DNA from: Acidimicrobiia bacterium
GTDB taxonomy: Bacteria; Actinomycetota; Acidimicrobiia; IMCC26256; PALSA-610
NCBI GenBank assembly: GCA_036501845.1
Contig: DASXZO010000036.1
Coordinates: forward strand, 90,318-154,317
DNA length: 64,000 nucleotides
Direction of reading: 5' to 3'
In this document: piece by piece, positions 25,435 to 34,286 of the stretch
Numbering within the stretch: the stretch's first letter is position 1
Layout: each line of letters begins with the position of its first letter
Made by a program: the position numbers and the translations under genes
The notes under the pieces: generated by a model
What the model was told of the DNA's origin: nothing
What the model saw: the letters and a program-made list of their open reading frames with translations, nothing else
Database searches by the model: none

Positions 25435-26294
25435 GCCTCGCGGCGCTCACGCGCCTCTCTCGCTTCACGTTCACGCGCCACCCACGGACCGGCTTCGATC
25501 AGCACGAGCGCCTGTGCGCTCCTGCCGATCGGACCCTCACGATCGTGGATCACGGCCTCGCTCAGCCCACCGCCCTCGCCGTGCGCCCATGCGCGCGCGT
25601 CGAGGCCGATCCACTCCCCGATCGCCGGCCGGTGCACGTGCACCGAGAGCTCCGCGTTGATGGTGCCGGCATCGGCCATGCGCACCGGATTGCCCACACC
25701 GCTCGCGAAGTCGGCCGCGGCCACCACGCGTTCGATCGCGGTGGGCTCTTCGCCGGCAACCACCGGCACGTGCAGGCGCAGCCACCCGCTGCCCGGTCCG
25801 GCGCGCTCCCAGTCACCCGTGGCGATACGCACCTCGGTGGCGCTCCAGAAACCGACAAGACCAGTGAGACCCAACGGCGCCGGCGGGAGATCGTCGGGGC
25901 TGCAGGGCATGGTCACGCCCGGCGGTTCCGCGCTCGGGCCGACGTCGTAACGCGCGGTTTCGGTGCGCTCGACGCGTAACGCGTGCACGCCCGCCACAAC
26001 TGGGCCATCGTGATCGCCGGCGCGCATCGTGACGTCGATCCATTGCACGCGCCGGCCGGGCCGCACCGTCGTCGCGTCGAGCACGAGCCGTCCCATCGGC
26101 ACCGGCCGGTACAACTCCACGGTGAGGCGCGTCACGAAATGCGCGGGACCGGAGTCGTGGCGCTCGGCCGCGCGCGCGAGCAATGCCGCAACTGGGCCGC
26201 CGTGCAACGCGTTCGGATCCCACGGGCCGCGGGCGAGTTCGGTGGCGACGAAGCCGTCGCCATCGGGCATGAACAGGGCTTCGGGGTCGGCCAC
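25404..26294 (-). CDS. acyl-CoA thioesterase (double hot-dog, TesB-like)
   Basis: This is the C-terminal part of track ORF 25404..27341. (V)ADPEALFMPDGDGFVATELARGPWDPNALHGGPVAALLARA... is followed by a second hot-dog half. Start is GTG 26294 or ATG 26270. The poly-Ser tail overlaps the convergent ORF. Confidence 0.75.
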   Translation of the reverse strand: MADPEALFMPDGDGFVATELARGPWDPNALHGGPVAALLARAAERHDSGPAHFVTRLTVELYRPVPMGRLVLDATTVRPGRRVQWIDVTMRAGDHDGPVVAGVHALRVERTETARYDVGPSAEPPGVTMPCSPDDLPPAPLGLTGLVGFWSATEVRIATGDWERAGPGSGWLRLHVPVVAGEEPTAIERVVAAADFASGVGNPVRMADAGTINAELSVHVHRPAIGEWIGLDARAWAHGEGGGLSEAVIHDREGPIGRSAQALVLIEAGPWVAREREAREARERREAQSSSSSSSS

Positions 26295-26351
26295 GGCGCC
26301 ACACTGTAGGAAGTTGACACGCGTGTCAGCTCTGCCTACGTTCCACGGCCG

Positions 26352-27125
26352 ATGCCCGACGAACGCTGGCTCGACGGCAAGGTGGCGTTGATCACCGGTT
26401 CGGGGTCCGGCCAGGGCCGCGCTGCGGCGGTGCTGTTCGCACGGCACGGCGCACGCGTCGCGGTGATCGACATCAACGACGAAGGCGCGTCCGAGACCGT
26501 CAAGATGGTCGAATCGGCGGGCGGCGAGTCGTTCGCGATGCATGCCGACGTGTCGGAGCGCGACGAGTGCAACCGCATGGTCGCCACCACGATGGAGCGC
26601 CTCGGCCGGCTCGACGTGATCTACAACAACGCCGCGGTGCAGATGTCGGGGCGGCTCGTCGAATGCAGCGAAGCCGATTGGGATCTCACGATCGCCACGA
26701 ACCTCTCGGCCATCTTCTGGGCATGCCGGGCCGCGATCCCGGCGATGCTCGAGGGTGACGGCGGCTCGATCATCAACACTGCGTCCACCCTCGGACTGAT
26801 CGGCAGCGAGGGCTACGCCGCGTACGGCGCGGCCAAGGCCGGTCTGGTGGCGCTCACGAAACAGATCGCCACCGAGTACGGCCCGACGATCCGCGCCAAC
26901 GTGATCGCGCCTGGATCGATCGACACACCGCGTTTTCGCAAGGTGCTCACGGGGATCGACAACGTCGACGAGTTCCTCACGATGCTCACGTCGAACATGC
27001 CGATGCGGAGGCTCGGCACGGCCGACGACATTGCGAACGCAGCACTGTTCCTCGCGAGCGACCGCTCGGCCTACACGAGCGGTGCCATCGTGCCGGTCGA
27101 CGGCGGACTGAGCGCATTGAGATGA
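26352..27125 (+). CDS. SDR-family oxidoreductase
   Basis: Track ORF of 257 aa. The cofactor motif is LITGSGSGQGRA, followed by NNAA, with catalytic Y..AYGAAK. Confidence 0.9.
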   Translation: MPDERWLDGKVALITGSGSGQGRAAAVLFARHGARVAVIDINDEGASETVKMVESAGGESFAMHADVSERDECNRMVATTMERLGRLDVIYNNAAVQMSGRLVECSEADWDLTIATNLSAIFWACRAAIPAMLEGDGGSIINTASTLGLIGSEGYAAYGAAKAGLVALTKQIATEYGPTIRANVIAPGSIDTPRFRKVLTGIDNVDEFLTMLTSNMPMRRLGTADDIANAALFLASDRSAYTSGAIVPVDGGLSALR

Positions 27126-27160
27126 ACCGCTCATTCGGCACAGCTCGATTGCTCCCGTTC

Positions 27161-27247
27161 GGGCGCGGCGATCGGAGCAGCACGGGAGCGACGGAGGAGC
27201 GACACGTGTGCGCAGTGAGCTCGCCGCCGAGCGCAGCGAGGCCAATG
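27161..27247 (+). repeat. 87-nt conserved leader element, copy 2 (ends at the SDR start codon)
   Basis: GGGCGCGGCGATCGGAGCAGCACGGGAGCGACGGAGGAGCGACACGTGTGCGCAGTGAGCTCGCCGCCGAGCGCAGCGAGGCCAATG differs from copy 1 at 7 positions. Positions 22 and 47 covary (C-G becomes A-U) within the predicted inner helix. Confidence 0.85.
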
Positions 27248-27999
27248 TGATTGCGATTGTGACGGGTGGCGCGTCGGGGTTGGGCGAGGCGGTTGCTCGG
27301 CGGCTCGCGAGCGACGGTGCCACGGTGGTGGTGGCCGACATCGACGAGCGCGCCGGTCAGCAGGTGGCCGACAACCTCAAGGCCGCGGGCTTCGCGGTGG
27401 AGGCCGAGACCGTCGACGTCACCGACGAAGGCGAGGTCGCGGCGATGGTGGATGCGGTCGTCGAGCGCCACGGCCGCGTCGACGTGCTCGTGTGCAGCGC
27501 CGCGATCGAGGTGCGCGCGTCGGTGGTCGAATGCAGCGACGACGACTGGCAGCGCGTCATCGACGTGAACCTCAAGGGTCCGTTCCTCTGCATGAAGCAC
27601 GCCATCCCGCACATCGCCGCGGCCGGTGGCGGTTCGGTAGTGATCATGAGCTCCGTGCTCGGCGCGATCGGCTCGCCCGGATACGCGGCCTACTGCGCGT
27701 CGAAGGGCGCGCTCAACAACCTCGCCAAGCAGGCCGCGATCGAGCACGCGCCCGAAGGCGTGCGGGTGAACGTGATCTCGCCGTCGGCCACCGACACCGG
27801 TCTATTCATGAAGATGGCCGAGAGCACCGGCGACCCGAAGCGCATCATCGACATGGTCACGCGCAACTCTCCGATGCGGCGGCTCGGCACCGGCGCCGAG
27901 GTTGCCGACACCGTGGCGTTCCTGTGCTCGCCGGGCGCGGCATACATCTCGGGCACGATCATCCCGCTCGACGGCGGCCTCGCAGCCCGCCGCCCGTGA
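27247..27999 (+). CDS. SDR-family oxidoreductase
   Basis: (GTG)IAIVTGGASGLGEAVARRL..., with catalytic YAAYCASK. The track start GTG 27208 would add 13 codons taken from the repeat element. Confidence 0.85.
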   Translation: MIAIVTGGASGLGEAVARRLASDGATVVVADIDERAGQQVADNLKAAGFAVEAETVDVTDEGEVAAMVDAVVERHGRVDVLVCSAAIEVRASVVECSDDDWQRVIDVNLKGPFLCMKHAIPHIAAAGGGSVVIMSSVLGAIGSPGYAAYCASKGALNNLAKQAAIEHAPEGVRVNVISPSATDTGLFMKMAESTGDPKRIIDMVTRNSPMRRLGTGAEVADTVAFLCSPGAAYISGTIIPLDGGLAARRP

Positions 28000-29078
28000 C
28001 CGTCACACGCGACTCGCGCACACCCAATTACGTCGTCGACGGCGACGGGCATGTGATCGAGCCCGGCGGCATCTTCGGCTCGGCGCAGCGGGCCGACCGC
28101 AACCCGATCAACGTGTCGCCGAACACGCCGTTCGAGATGTGCGGGGGCGCCGATCTCTCCGAACAGTTCGAGAGCGGCTGGAGCGCGGAGTCGTACCTGC
28201 ATGCGATGGACGCGCAGGGCATCGATGCCGCGGTGCTCTACCCGTCGGTCGGGTTGTTTGTGCCCTACCAGGACGGCATCACCACCGACGAGCACCTCAG
28301 CGCGTGCGCGGGTTACGACGACTGGATCGCGCAGTACTGCGCGCACGCGCCGAACCGGCTCGCGGGCGTCGGGATCGCGCCCGTGCTGGGCGAAGGGGCC
28401 GTGGCGGCACGTGAAGCGGAACGGGCGAAGGGCCTCGGCCTCGTGGCGATGATGGTGCGGCCGAACTTCGTCTTCGGTCGCAACCTCGGTGACCGCGGCT
28501 TCGATCCCCTCTACGACGCGCTCGAGGCCAACGGTCTCGTGCTCGCGGTGCACGAGGGCTTCGGCGTGCAGTCGGGCCCCACGATCGGTGCCGACCGTTT
28601 TCCCGGCTTCACGGCGCGCCACCTCTGCTCGCATCCGATGGAACAGATGGCCGCGATGGCGAGCCTGATGCTCGATGGCGCGCTCGAACGGCACCCGCAG
28701 CTGCGCGTCGCGTTTCTCGAGTCGGGCACCGGCTGGCTCCCCTACTGGCTGGCGCGGCTCGACGACCACATCGAGTGGATGCACGACACCGAGACCAAGC
28801 AGCTCTCACTGTCGGCCACCGAATACTTCGCGCGCCAGTGCGTGATCTCGTGCGACCCCGAAGACACGTTGGTGGCGCGCACGGTGGAGACGGTCGGCGC
28901 CGACCATGTGATCTGGGCGAGCGACTTCCCGCACCCCGACGCCGCGTACCCCGATGCGGTCGAGGAGTTCTTGGAGGAGAACCCCACGCTCGACCGCCCG
29001 ACGCTCGAGTCCGTGCTGTCGCGCACACCAGCCGAGTTCTACGACCTCACCGACCGCTTCACTCCCCGGGCGTCGTAA
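27996..29078 (+). CDS. amidohydrolase-2 family (ACMSD-like) metal-dependent hydrolase/decarboxylase
   Basis: This is the C-terminal 360 aa of track ORF 27492..29078. DGDGHVIEP, HEGFG, FLESGTGWLPYWL and WASDFPHPD are typical Amidohydro_2 motifs. GTG 27996 overlaps the SDR stop (GTGA). Confidence 0.85.
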   Translation: MTVTRDSRTPNYVVDGDGHVIEPGGIFGSAQRADRNPINVSPNTPFEMCGGADLSEQFESGWSAESYLHAMDAQGIDAAVLYPSVGLFVPYQDGITTDEHLSACAGYDDWIAQYCAHAPNRLAGVGIAPVLGEGAVAAREAERAKGLGLVAMMVRPNFVFGRNLGDRGFDPLYDALEANGLVLAVHEGFGVQSGPTIGADRFPGFTARHLCSHPMEQMAAMASLMLDGALERHPQLRVAFLESGTGWLPYWLARLDDHIEWMHDTETKQLSLSATEYFARQCVISCDPEDTLVARTVETVGADHVIWASDFPHPDAAYPDAVEEFLEENPTLDRPTLESVLSRTPAEFYDLTDRFTPRAS

Positions 29079-29111
29079 AGCGTCGAATAGCGACGCTCTA
29101 CGACGCCCGGG
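29065..29111. terminator. long hairpin between convergent genes (bidirectional terminator candidate)
   Basis: CCCGGGCGTCGTA (29065-77) pairs perfectly with TACGACGCCCGGG (29099-111). An inner stem AGCGTCG/CGACGCT is also present. The hairpin includes the amidohydrolase TAA stop. Confidence 0.6.
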
Positions 29112-29448
29112 TGGTCGAGCGTTCTTCGTGCTCGCGGGCGCCGAGGGTTGCGGCGCGGCCGAGTACGGCGGCCACCCCGAGCGCGGCCACGAGCACGAGC
29201 TTCCAGCCGATCGCCGCGCACAACACGCCGACGATCACGATCACGACGATGTTCGCGCGCTGCGACGCCTTGCGGTGGCCACGCGTTCCGAAGCCGTGCG
29301 CGCGCACGAGCCGGCGGACGAAATACGCCGCGAACGTTGCAACAACGACCGCCACACCCACGAGCAACCACATCCACGCCGGCGTCGAGTGATGCGCGCC
29401 GCAGCCGCACACTGCCTTCAATTTCTCGGTGAGGCCCGCGATCACCAT
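29098..29448 (-). CDS. hypothetical membrane protein (3 TM), CGCGAHH motif
   Basis: Track ORF of 116 aa with hydrophobic segments WMWLLVGVAVVVATFAAYF and IVVIVIVGVLCAAIGWKLVLVAALGVAAVL. It overlaps the upstream hydrolase stop by 7 nt. Confidence 0.5.
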   Translation of the reverse strand: MVIAGLTEKLKAVCGCGAHHSTPAWMWLLVGVAVVVATFAAYFVRRLVRAHGFGTRGHRKASQRANIVVIVIVGVLCAAIGWKLVLVAALGVAAVLGRAATLGAREHEERSTTRAS

Positions 29449-30323
29449 CGGTCGAGCGACGCCAGGTACTCGCGCATCGCCGCAGTCGTTTCGGCGGGCC
29501 GCTCCTGTTGCGTCCAGTGCCCGCAGTCGTCGATGACCACTCTCGTGAGGTTCGGCACGCGCTCTTCCATGCCGATGGTCATCGCCGGCGTGAGCACCGG
29601 GTCATCGGCGCCGGAGATCATCAAGCACGGCACGTCGATGTTGCGCGCGGCCCACGATTCGGAGAGCTCCCAGTTGCGATCCATGTTGCGGTAGTACTCG
29701 ATCGGCGGCGTGAGCGCGCCAGCCGGCCGGAAGGCGCGCTTGTACACGTCGAGCACGTCGGGCGGGAAAGCATCGCGGTTGCGCAACATCTCGTTGAGGA
29801 AGATCATCTCGACGAAGTCGTCGGCGCCGCGACCCCAAGAGAACACCCATTCGGCGAGGCCCGGTTCCTGGAACTGGATGATGTAGATCGGCGTGTCGAC
29901 GAAGATCGAGCGCAAGAGCTGCACAGTGGGCACCGGCGTGCGGGGCAGATCGGGCGTGTTCACACCGATCACACCGGCGGTGATGTCGGGGAACATCCGC
30001 GCGAACTGCCACACGAGAATGCCGCCCCAATCGTGGCCGGCGATCACCACGTGGTGGTGTCCGAGCGCGCGCACGAGCGCGGCGAGTGTGCCGTTGAGGA
30101 ACACCACGTCGTAGACCACGTCGGGCTTGTCGGTGCGGCCGTAACCCGGCATGTCGGGCGCGACCACGTGGTAGCCGTCGGCCGCGAGCGCGTCGATCTG
30201 GTGCCGCCACGAGAACGCCAGCTCGGGGAAGCCGTGACAGAGCAGCACGAGCGGATCGCTCGGATCACCCGCCTCGAGGCAGAACACGCGCAACCCGTCG
30301 GCCACTACATAGCGCTCACGCAT
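29442..30323 (-). CDS. alpha/beta hydrolase (epoxide hydrolase-like)
   Basis: Track ORF of 293 aa. HGFPELAFSWRHQI and the nucleophile elbow GHDWGG are present. Confidence 0.85.
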   Translation of the reverse strand: MRERYVVADGLRVFCLEAGDPSDPLVLLCHGFPELAFSWRHQIDALAADGYHVVAPDMPGYGRTDKPDVVYDVVFLNGTLAALVRALGHHHVVIAGHDWGGILVWQFARMFPDITAGVIGVNTPDLPRTPVPTVQLLRSIFVDTPIYIIQFQEPGLAEWVFSWGRGADDFVEMIFLNEMLRNRDAFPPDVLDVYKRAFRPAGALTPPIEYYRNMDRNWELSESWAARNIDVPCLMISGADDPVLTPAMTIGMEERVPNLTRVVIDDCGHWTQQERPAETTAAMREYLASLDRW

Positions 30324-30403
30324 CGAGGTTTGACGTTACGACGGCGCGAACCGATCGGCGGCTCCGAACGTCGAAGAGCACAGCTTCGACCAGGAGGTCT
30401 CCC

Positions 30404-31183
30404 GTGCTTTCGCCGTCAATCGTGACATTTCGTCACACCGCCATCGCGTGTATCGGTGCCGGAGCGCTTGCGCTCGGCGCGTGTTCGTCGAGCAGCCATC
30501 CCGCGGCTGCACCAGTTGCTCGTCCCGCCGTGTTACCGATCGCGAGCCGCAGCACCTCCACCCCAGGCCAGATCAGCGTGTCGGGCCACGGTGTGGTGGA
30601 GGGCGAGCCCGACACACTCACGCTGTCGCTCGGTGTCAGCGTGCAGCGCCCCACCGCGAGCGCCGCGATCTCCGACATGGAGTCGAGTGCGCAGGCGCTG
30701 ATCAACCAACTCGTCGCGTCGGGCGTCGACAAGTCCGACATCCAGACCACGCAGCTCTCGGTGAACCCCACCTACGACAACCACTCGCATCTCACCGGCT
30801 TCAACGCCTCGAACCAGGTGAGCGCCGACCTGCACCAGATGTCACGCGCCGGCGCGGTGATCGATGCCGCGGCTCGTGCCGCAGGGAGCGCGATCTCTCT
30901 CGGCGGCGTGTCGTTCTCGATCCAGAATTCCAGTCACCTCGTGCGCGCCGCACGCAAGCAGGCCGTGCAGGCCGCGGCCGATCAGGCTCGCCAGCTCGCG
31001 GCCGCAGCGGGCGTGAAGCTCGCGGCCGTGAAGTCCATCACCGAGACCAACGAGAACTCGCCGGTTCCCGAGAGCTTCGCGGTCGACTCCGCCGGACTCG
31101 CGGCACGGGCCTCGGTGCCGATCGAGCCGGGCAAGCAGTCGCTGAGCATCGACGTCACCGTGGTGTACGCGATCAACCAGTGA
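30404..31183 (+). CDS. SIMPL/DUF541-family lipoprotein
   Basis: Track ORF of 259 aa. The signal peptide carries a lipobox (ALALGAC). The ISVSGHGVVEGEPDTLTLSLGV... pattern fits SIMPL. AGGAGG lies upstream of the GTG start. Confidence 0.75.
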   Translation: MLSPSIVTFRHTAIACIGAGALALGACSSSSHPAAAPVARPAVLPIASRSTSTPGQISVSGHGVVEGEPDTLTLSLGVSVQRPTASAAISDMESSAQALINQLVASGVDKSDIQTTQLSVNPTYDNHSHLTGFNASNQVSADLHQMSRAGAVIDAAARAAGSAISLGGVSFSIQNSSHLVRAARKQAVQAAADQARQLAAAAGVKLAAVKSITETNENSPVPESFAVDSAGLAARASVPIEPGKQSLSIDVTVVYAINQ

Positions 31184-31201
31184 CCGCCGCCAGCGCTCGC
31201 G

Positions 31202-31375
31202 CTAGTCGTCGACCTTGTTGACGTGCGCCTCGTGCGTCTTGATCTCCTTGCCGTGCTTCTCGAGGGCCACGGTGAGACCGTCACCCACGAGGTGCTTGTC
31301 GGTGATCGCTCCGAACTCACCCTTGAAGTCGCCTTCGGTGATGATCACCCGGTCGCCAACCTTGAAATGCGTCAT
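31202..31375 (-). CDS. small hypothetical protein (57 aa) with KOW/SH3-like motif
   Basis: MTHFKVGDRVIITEGDFKGEFGAITDKHLVGDGLTVALEKHGKEIKTHEAHVNKVDD. The track ORF starts 6 codons earlier. Confidence 0.45.
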   Translation of the reverse strand: MTHFKVGDRVIITEGDFKGEFGAITDKHLVGDGLTVALEKHGKEIKTHEAHVNKVDD

Positions 31376-31448
31376 GCCCTGAGCCTCGCGCACGCGCGCG
31401 GTGCAATTTGTGGACGGTGCGGATGGACGAGCCCATTACCGTCCGACC

Positions 31449-32027
31449 ATGCCCGAGACCGCCGCGGCAGGTCGGGGCCACGGCCCCACGATGTTCGTGA
31501 TGGTCGGCCTCCCCGCAGCGGGCAAGACGAGTCGCGCCCGTGAGCTCGCATCGGAGTGGGGCGCTCTGCGCCTGACCCCCGACGAGTGGATGATCCCGCT
31601 CTTCGGACAGGTGCAGCCCGAGGGCAAGCGCAACGTGGTCGAAGGCCGCTTGATCTGGATCGCGCTGCGCGCGCTGCAGATCGGGGTGAACGTCGTGCTC
31701 GACTTCGGCGTATGGGGCAAGGACGAACGTTCGGCACTACGCGCCTTGGCGGCTTCCGTAGGAGCAACCAGTGAGCTCGTGTATCTCGATGTCGACGAGG
31801 CCGAACAATGGCGCCGTGTGCACGCTCGCTCCTCCACCGACGCGGCGACGACCTTCGAGATGACCAAAACCGATCTCGCAGGCTGGCGGCAAGGCTTTCA
31901 ACCGCCCGATGTGAACGAGCTCGAGTCGCAACACATTGACCCTCCACCGGCGGGCTTCGACTCTTGGGAAGCCTGGGCGGCTCAGTGGTGGCCGACATCC
32001 ATCGAGGCCGGCTTTTCGAGGTCGTAG
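31449..32027 (+). CDS. P-loop kinase/ATPase (AAA_33-like)
   Basis: Walker A motif MFVMVGLPAAGKTS, then VVLDFG. Track ORF 31401..32027; ATG at 31449 or 31491. Confidence 0.7.
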   Translation: MPETAAAGRGHGPTMFVMVGLPAAGKTSRARELASEWGALRLTPDEWMIPLFGQVQPEGKRNVVEGRLIWIALRALQIGVNVVLDFGVWGKDERSALRALAASVGATSELVYLDVDEAEQWRRVHARSSTDAATTFEMTKTDLAGWRQGFQPPDVNELESQHIDPPPAGFDSWEAWAAQWWPTSIEAGFSRS

Positions 32028-32407
32028 ACGGTGAAGATCGGGACGCGGCGCATGTCCTCGTTTTCGGGATATCGCGAGAGTTGCTCCTCGTTCGGCACGG
32101 GCTCGTGCAGCCGCCGGAGCACGAAGCCGGCGTCGAGGAAGTCGTTGACAGTGGTGCTCAGCATTCGGTGAAAGTTCGTGATCTCGTGCCCCGAACGCCA
32201 CGCAACGCGCCGCGGGCCTTCGTTGGTGTAGTCGTCGAGCACGAAGTGCAGGTGTGTGCCACTCTCGTCGCTGCTCCTCTTGTCCGCGTAGGCAACGAAT
32301 GCGGGCTGGAGATCGACGCCGAGTGTCTTCGCCCCGCGATCGGCAAGCATCCGGCAGAACCGTCCTTCGCCGCAGCCCAGGTCGATGATCTCGAGCCCGC
32401 CAAGCCT
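31982..32407 (-). pseudogene. 5'-truncated class I SAM-dependent methyltransferase
   Basis: The reading frame opens only 5 codons before motif I (..LGGLEIIDLGCGEGRFCRMLADRGA). An in-frame TGA sits at 32408-10, just 5 nt after the qor stop. No canonical start precedes motif I. The first ATG (32350) lies after motif I. Confidence 0.5.
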
Positions 32408-32415
32408 TCATCCGG

Positions 32416-33474
32416 CTATCGCGCGACGACGACGCGACCGATTGTGGTTCGTGACTCCATGGCTTCGAGCGCCTGCGGCAGTTCTTCGAAACCGATTGTG
32501 CGCCCGACGATGGGCCGGATCGCGCCGGCATCGAGCAACTCCAGGAGATGCGCCTGCACGCGCGCGCCGATTTCCGTGGTCGGCGGGTTGAACACGGGCA
32601 CGGGCACGGGCACCGGCGCGTACTGATGCACGAGGTGCTCGATCTCAGGATCGACGTAGGTGAGGATGACGCCAATCAGGTCGAAGTTGCCGAAGCACAG
32701 CGCGCGCCCGGACACCATCGGCACCTCTTCCGCCTCGATGCCACTCGCGAAGCCGATCACAAGATGACGGCCACCGCGCCGCAGACACGCGAGCGATTGC
32801 AGCGTCACGGCACCGCCGACACCGTCGAAGCACACGTCGACGCCTCGACCATCCGTGGCCTCGCGCACCTGGTCGACCAGATCACCGGTCCGGTAGTTCA
32901 CGACGACATCGGCGCCGAGCTCGCGAGCGATTCTGGCTTTGTCGTCCTGACCCACAGTCGCAAGCACGCGGGCACCGCACGCCGCCGCGAGCTGCACCGC
33001 AGCGGAGCCGACGCCGCCTGCCGCGGCGTGCACGAGCACGGTTTCGCCCGCGGCAAGGCGACCGCGTTCGAACAGGCCGAGGTGCGCGAGGTGGAACGGA
33101 TAGAAGAACGCGGCCGCCTCGAAGTCGGTGAGCGCGGCGGGCGCGTCGAAAGCCATTGCCGTCGGGCCGACCACGAGTTCGGCGTGGGCACCGATGGCGC
33201 CACGCCCAGTCGCGGTGACGCGCCGCCCGATCCATGCTTGCGCGCCTGGTCCCGCGGCGATCACGTCACCGACGCATTCCATTCCGAGCGTGTACGGCAG
33301 CGGCGGGTCGATCGTGAGATAGCGGCCCCAACACCCGTCGACCTCGTTGTAGTTGAGCACGCTCGCCGTGGTGCGGATCAGGATCTCACCAGCACCAGGC
33401 TCCGGCGACGGCACGTCCAACAGCTCGAGCGCGTCAACCGGCGAGCCGTGCTTCGTCACTTGCCAAGCGCGCAC
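32416..33474 (-). CDS. zinc-type alcohol dehydrogenase / NADPH:quinone oxidoreductase family (MDR)
   Basis: Track ORF of 352 aa. MRAWQV... is followed by the cofactor motif VLVHAAAGGVGSAAVQLA. Confidence 0.85.
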   Translation of the reverse strand: MRAWQVTKHGSPVDALELLDVPSPEPGAGEILIRTTASVLNYNEVDGCWGRYLTIDPPLPYTLGMECVGDVIAAGPGAQAWIGRRVTATGRGAIGAHAELVVGPTAMAFDAPAALTDFEAAAFFYPFHLAHLGLFERGRLAAGETVLVHAAAGGVGSAAVQLAAACGARVLATVGQDDKARIARELGADVVVNYRTGDLVDQVREATDGRGVDVCFDGVGGAVTLQSLACLRRGGRHLVIGFASGIEAEEVPMVSGRALCFGNFDLIGVILTYVDPEIEHLVHQYAPVPVPVPVFNPPTTEIGARVQAHLLELLDAGAIRPIVGRTIGFEELPQALEAMESRTTIGRVVVAR

Positions 33475-33516
33475 GCCTAGTGGCTTACCCGAGCGATCAC
33501 GACTTTCCGGTGATTG

Positions 33517-34149
33517 TCACGAAGGGCGCGTCGTGGTGGTGAAGCGACCCAGGTCGCCCGTCGCATTGAGCGCCTTATCGGCATTGGGCTCGACGCCGCG
33601 ACCACAGTGGCCGAGTAGCAGTTGTTGCGCGACCGTGAGCTCGTCGTAGCCGTTCCCCGCCTGGCTGAGGGCGTCGTATTGGCGCGGCGTCGTCGCGTGG
33701 TCGAGCTGGACGAGGCCTGCAGCGATCGCGTGTTCGGCCTTGACGAGAAGCGTGCGCAAGGGGCCGTGAGCGCGCGCGATCGCGCCACGCAGATCGATGT
33801 CGTACACGTACAACACATGCAAGAGCCGCGCGCGGTACGCGCCGAAGTGCGCGTTCGGGTCGGCGAAGTTCAACTCGCCCGCGGTGGTCCCCGCGTCGCC
33901 GACTCGTTGGTAGGCCACGCAGTCGGCGTGGGTGGGCGGCACCGTGGTCGCGGCCTCGGCGAGCTCGGCCTTGGTTGCTTTGGGCATGAAATCGGGCACA
34001 TGCAACTGGAGGTTGAGATGGATGCCACTGCCGAGCGTCAGATTGCTCAGGTCGAAGGTCCCGGCTCTCGCGATCAGCGCCGCGCACCCTCCACCCACGA
34101 GCGTGATCGCACCGGCGAAGACGATCGCGAACACCTTCCAGGGCGCCAT
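33517..34149 (-). CDS. hypothetical membrane-anchored protein
   Basis: Track ORF 33517..34218. MAPWKVFAIVFAGAITLVGGGCAALIA provides an N-terminal anchor from ATG 34149. No recognisable domain. Confidence 0.5.
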   Translation of the reverse strand: MAPWKVFAIVFAGAITLVGGGCAALIARAGTFDLSNLTLGSGIHLNLQLHVPDFMPKATKAELAEAATTVPPTHADCVAYQRVGDAGTTAGELNFADPNAHFGAYRARLLHVLYVYDIDLRGAIARAHGPLRTLLVKAEHAIAAGLVQLDHATTPRQYDALSQAGNGYDELTVAQQLLLGHCGRGVEPNADKALNATGDLGRFTTTTRPS

Positions 34150-34286
34150 CGGTGGACGTTCCCCACGAGCCACGAAGAAAAGTGTAACGACGACCCATCT
34201 CGAAGGGACCGCGACCACGAATCAATATCCGTGGATAGCGTGAAGTGGTGAGCGACATCGGCCCAGGACGCCAATTCGACCTGCAT

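Noticed and set aside
25404-27341. A single 645-aa minus-strand ORF spanning the thioesterase and beyond.
   Set aside because: Only the last ~297 aa (25404..26294) look like a protein (a hot-dog thioesterase). The upstream part is antisense to two well-supported SDR genes.
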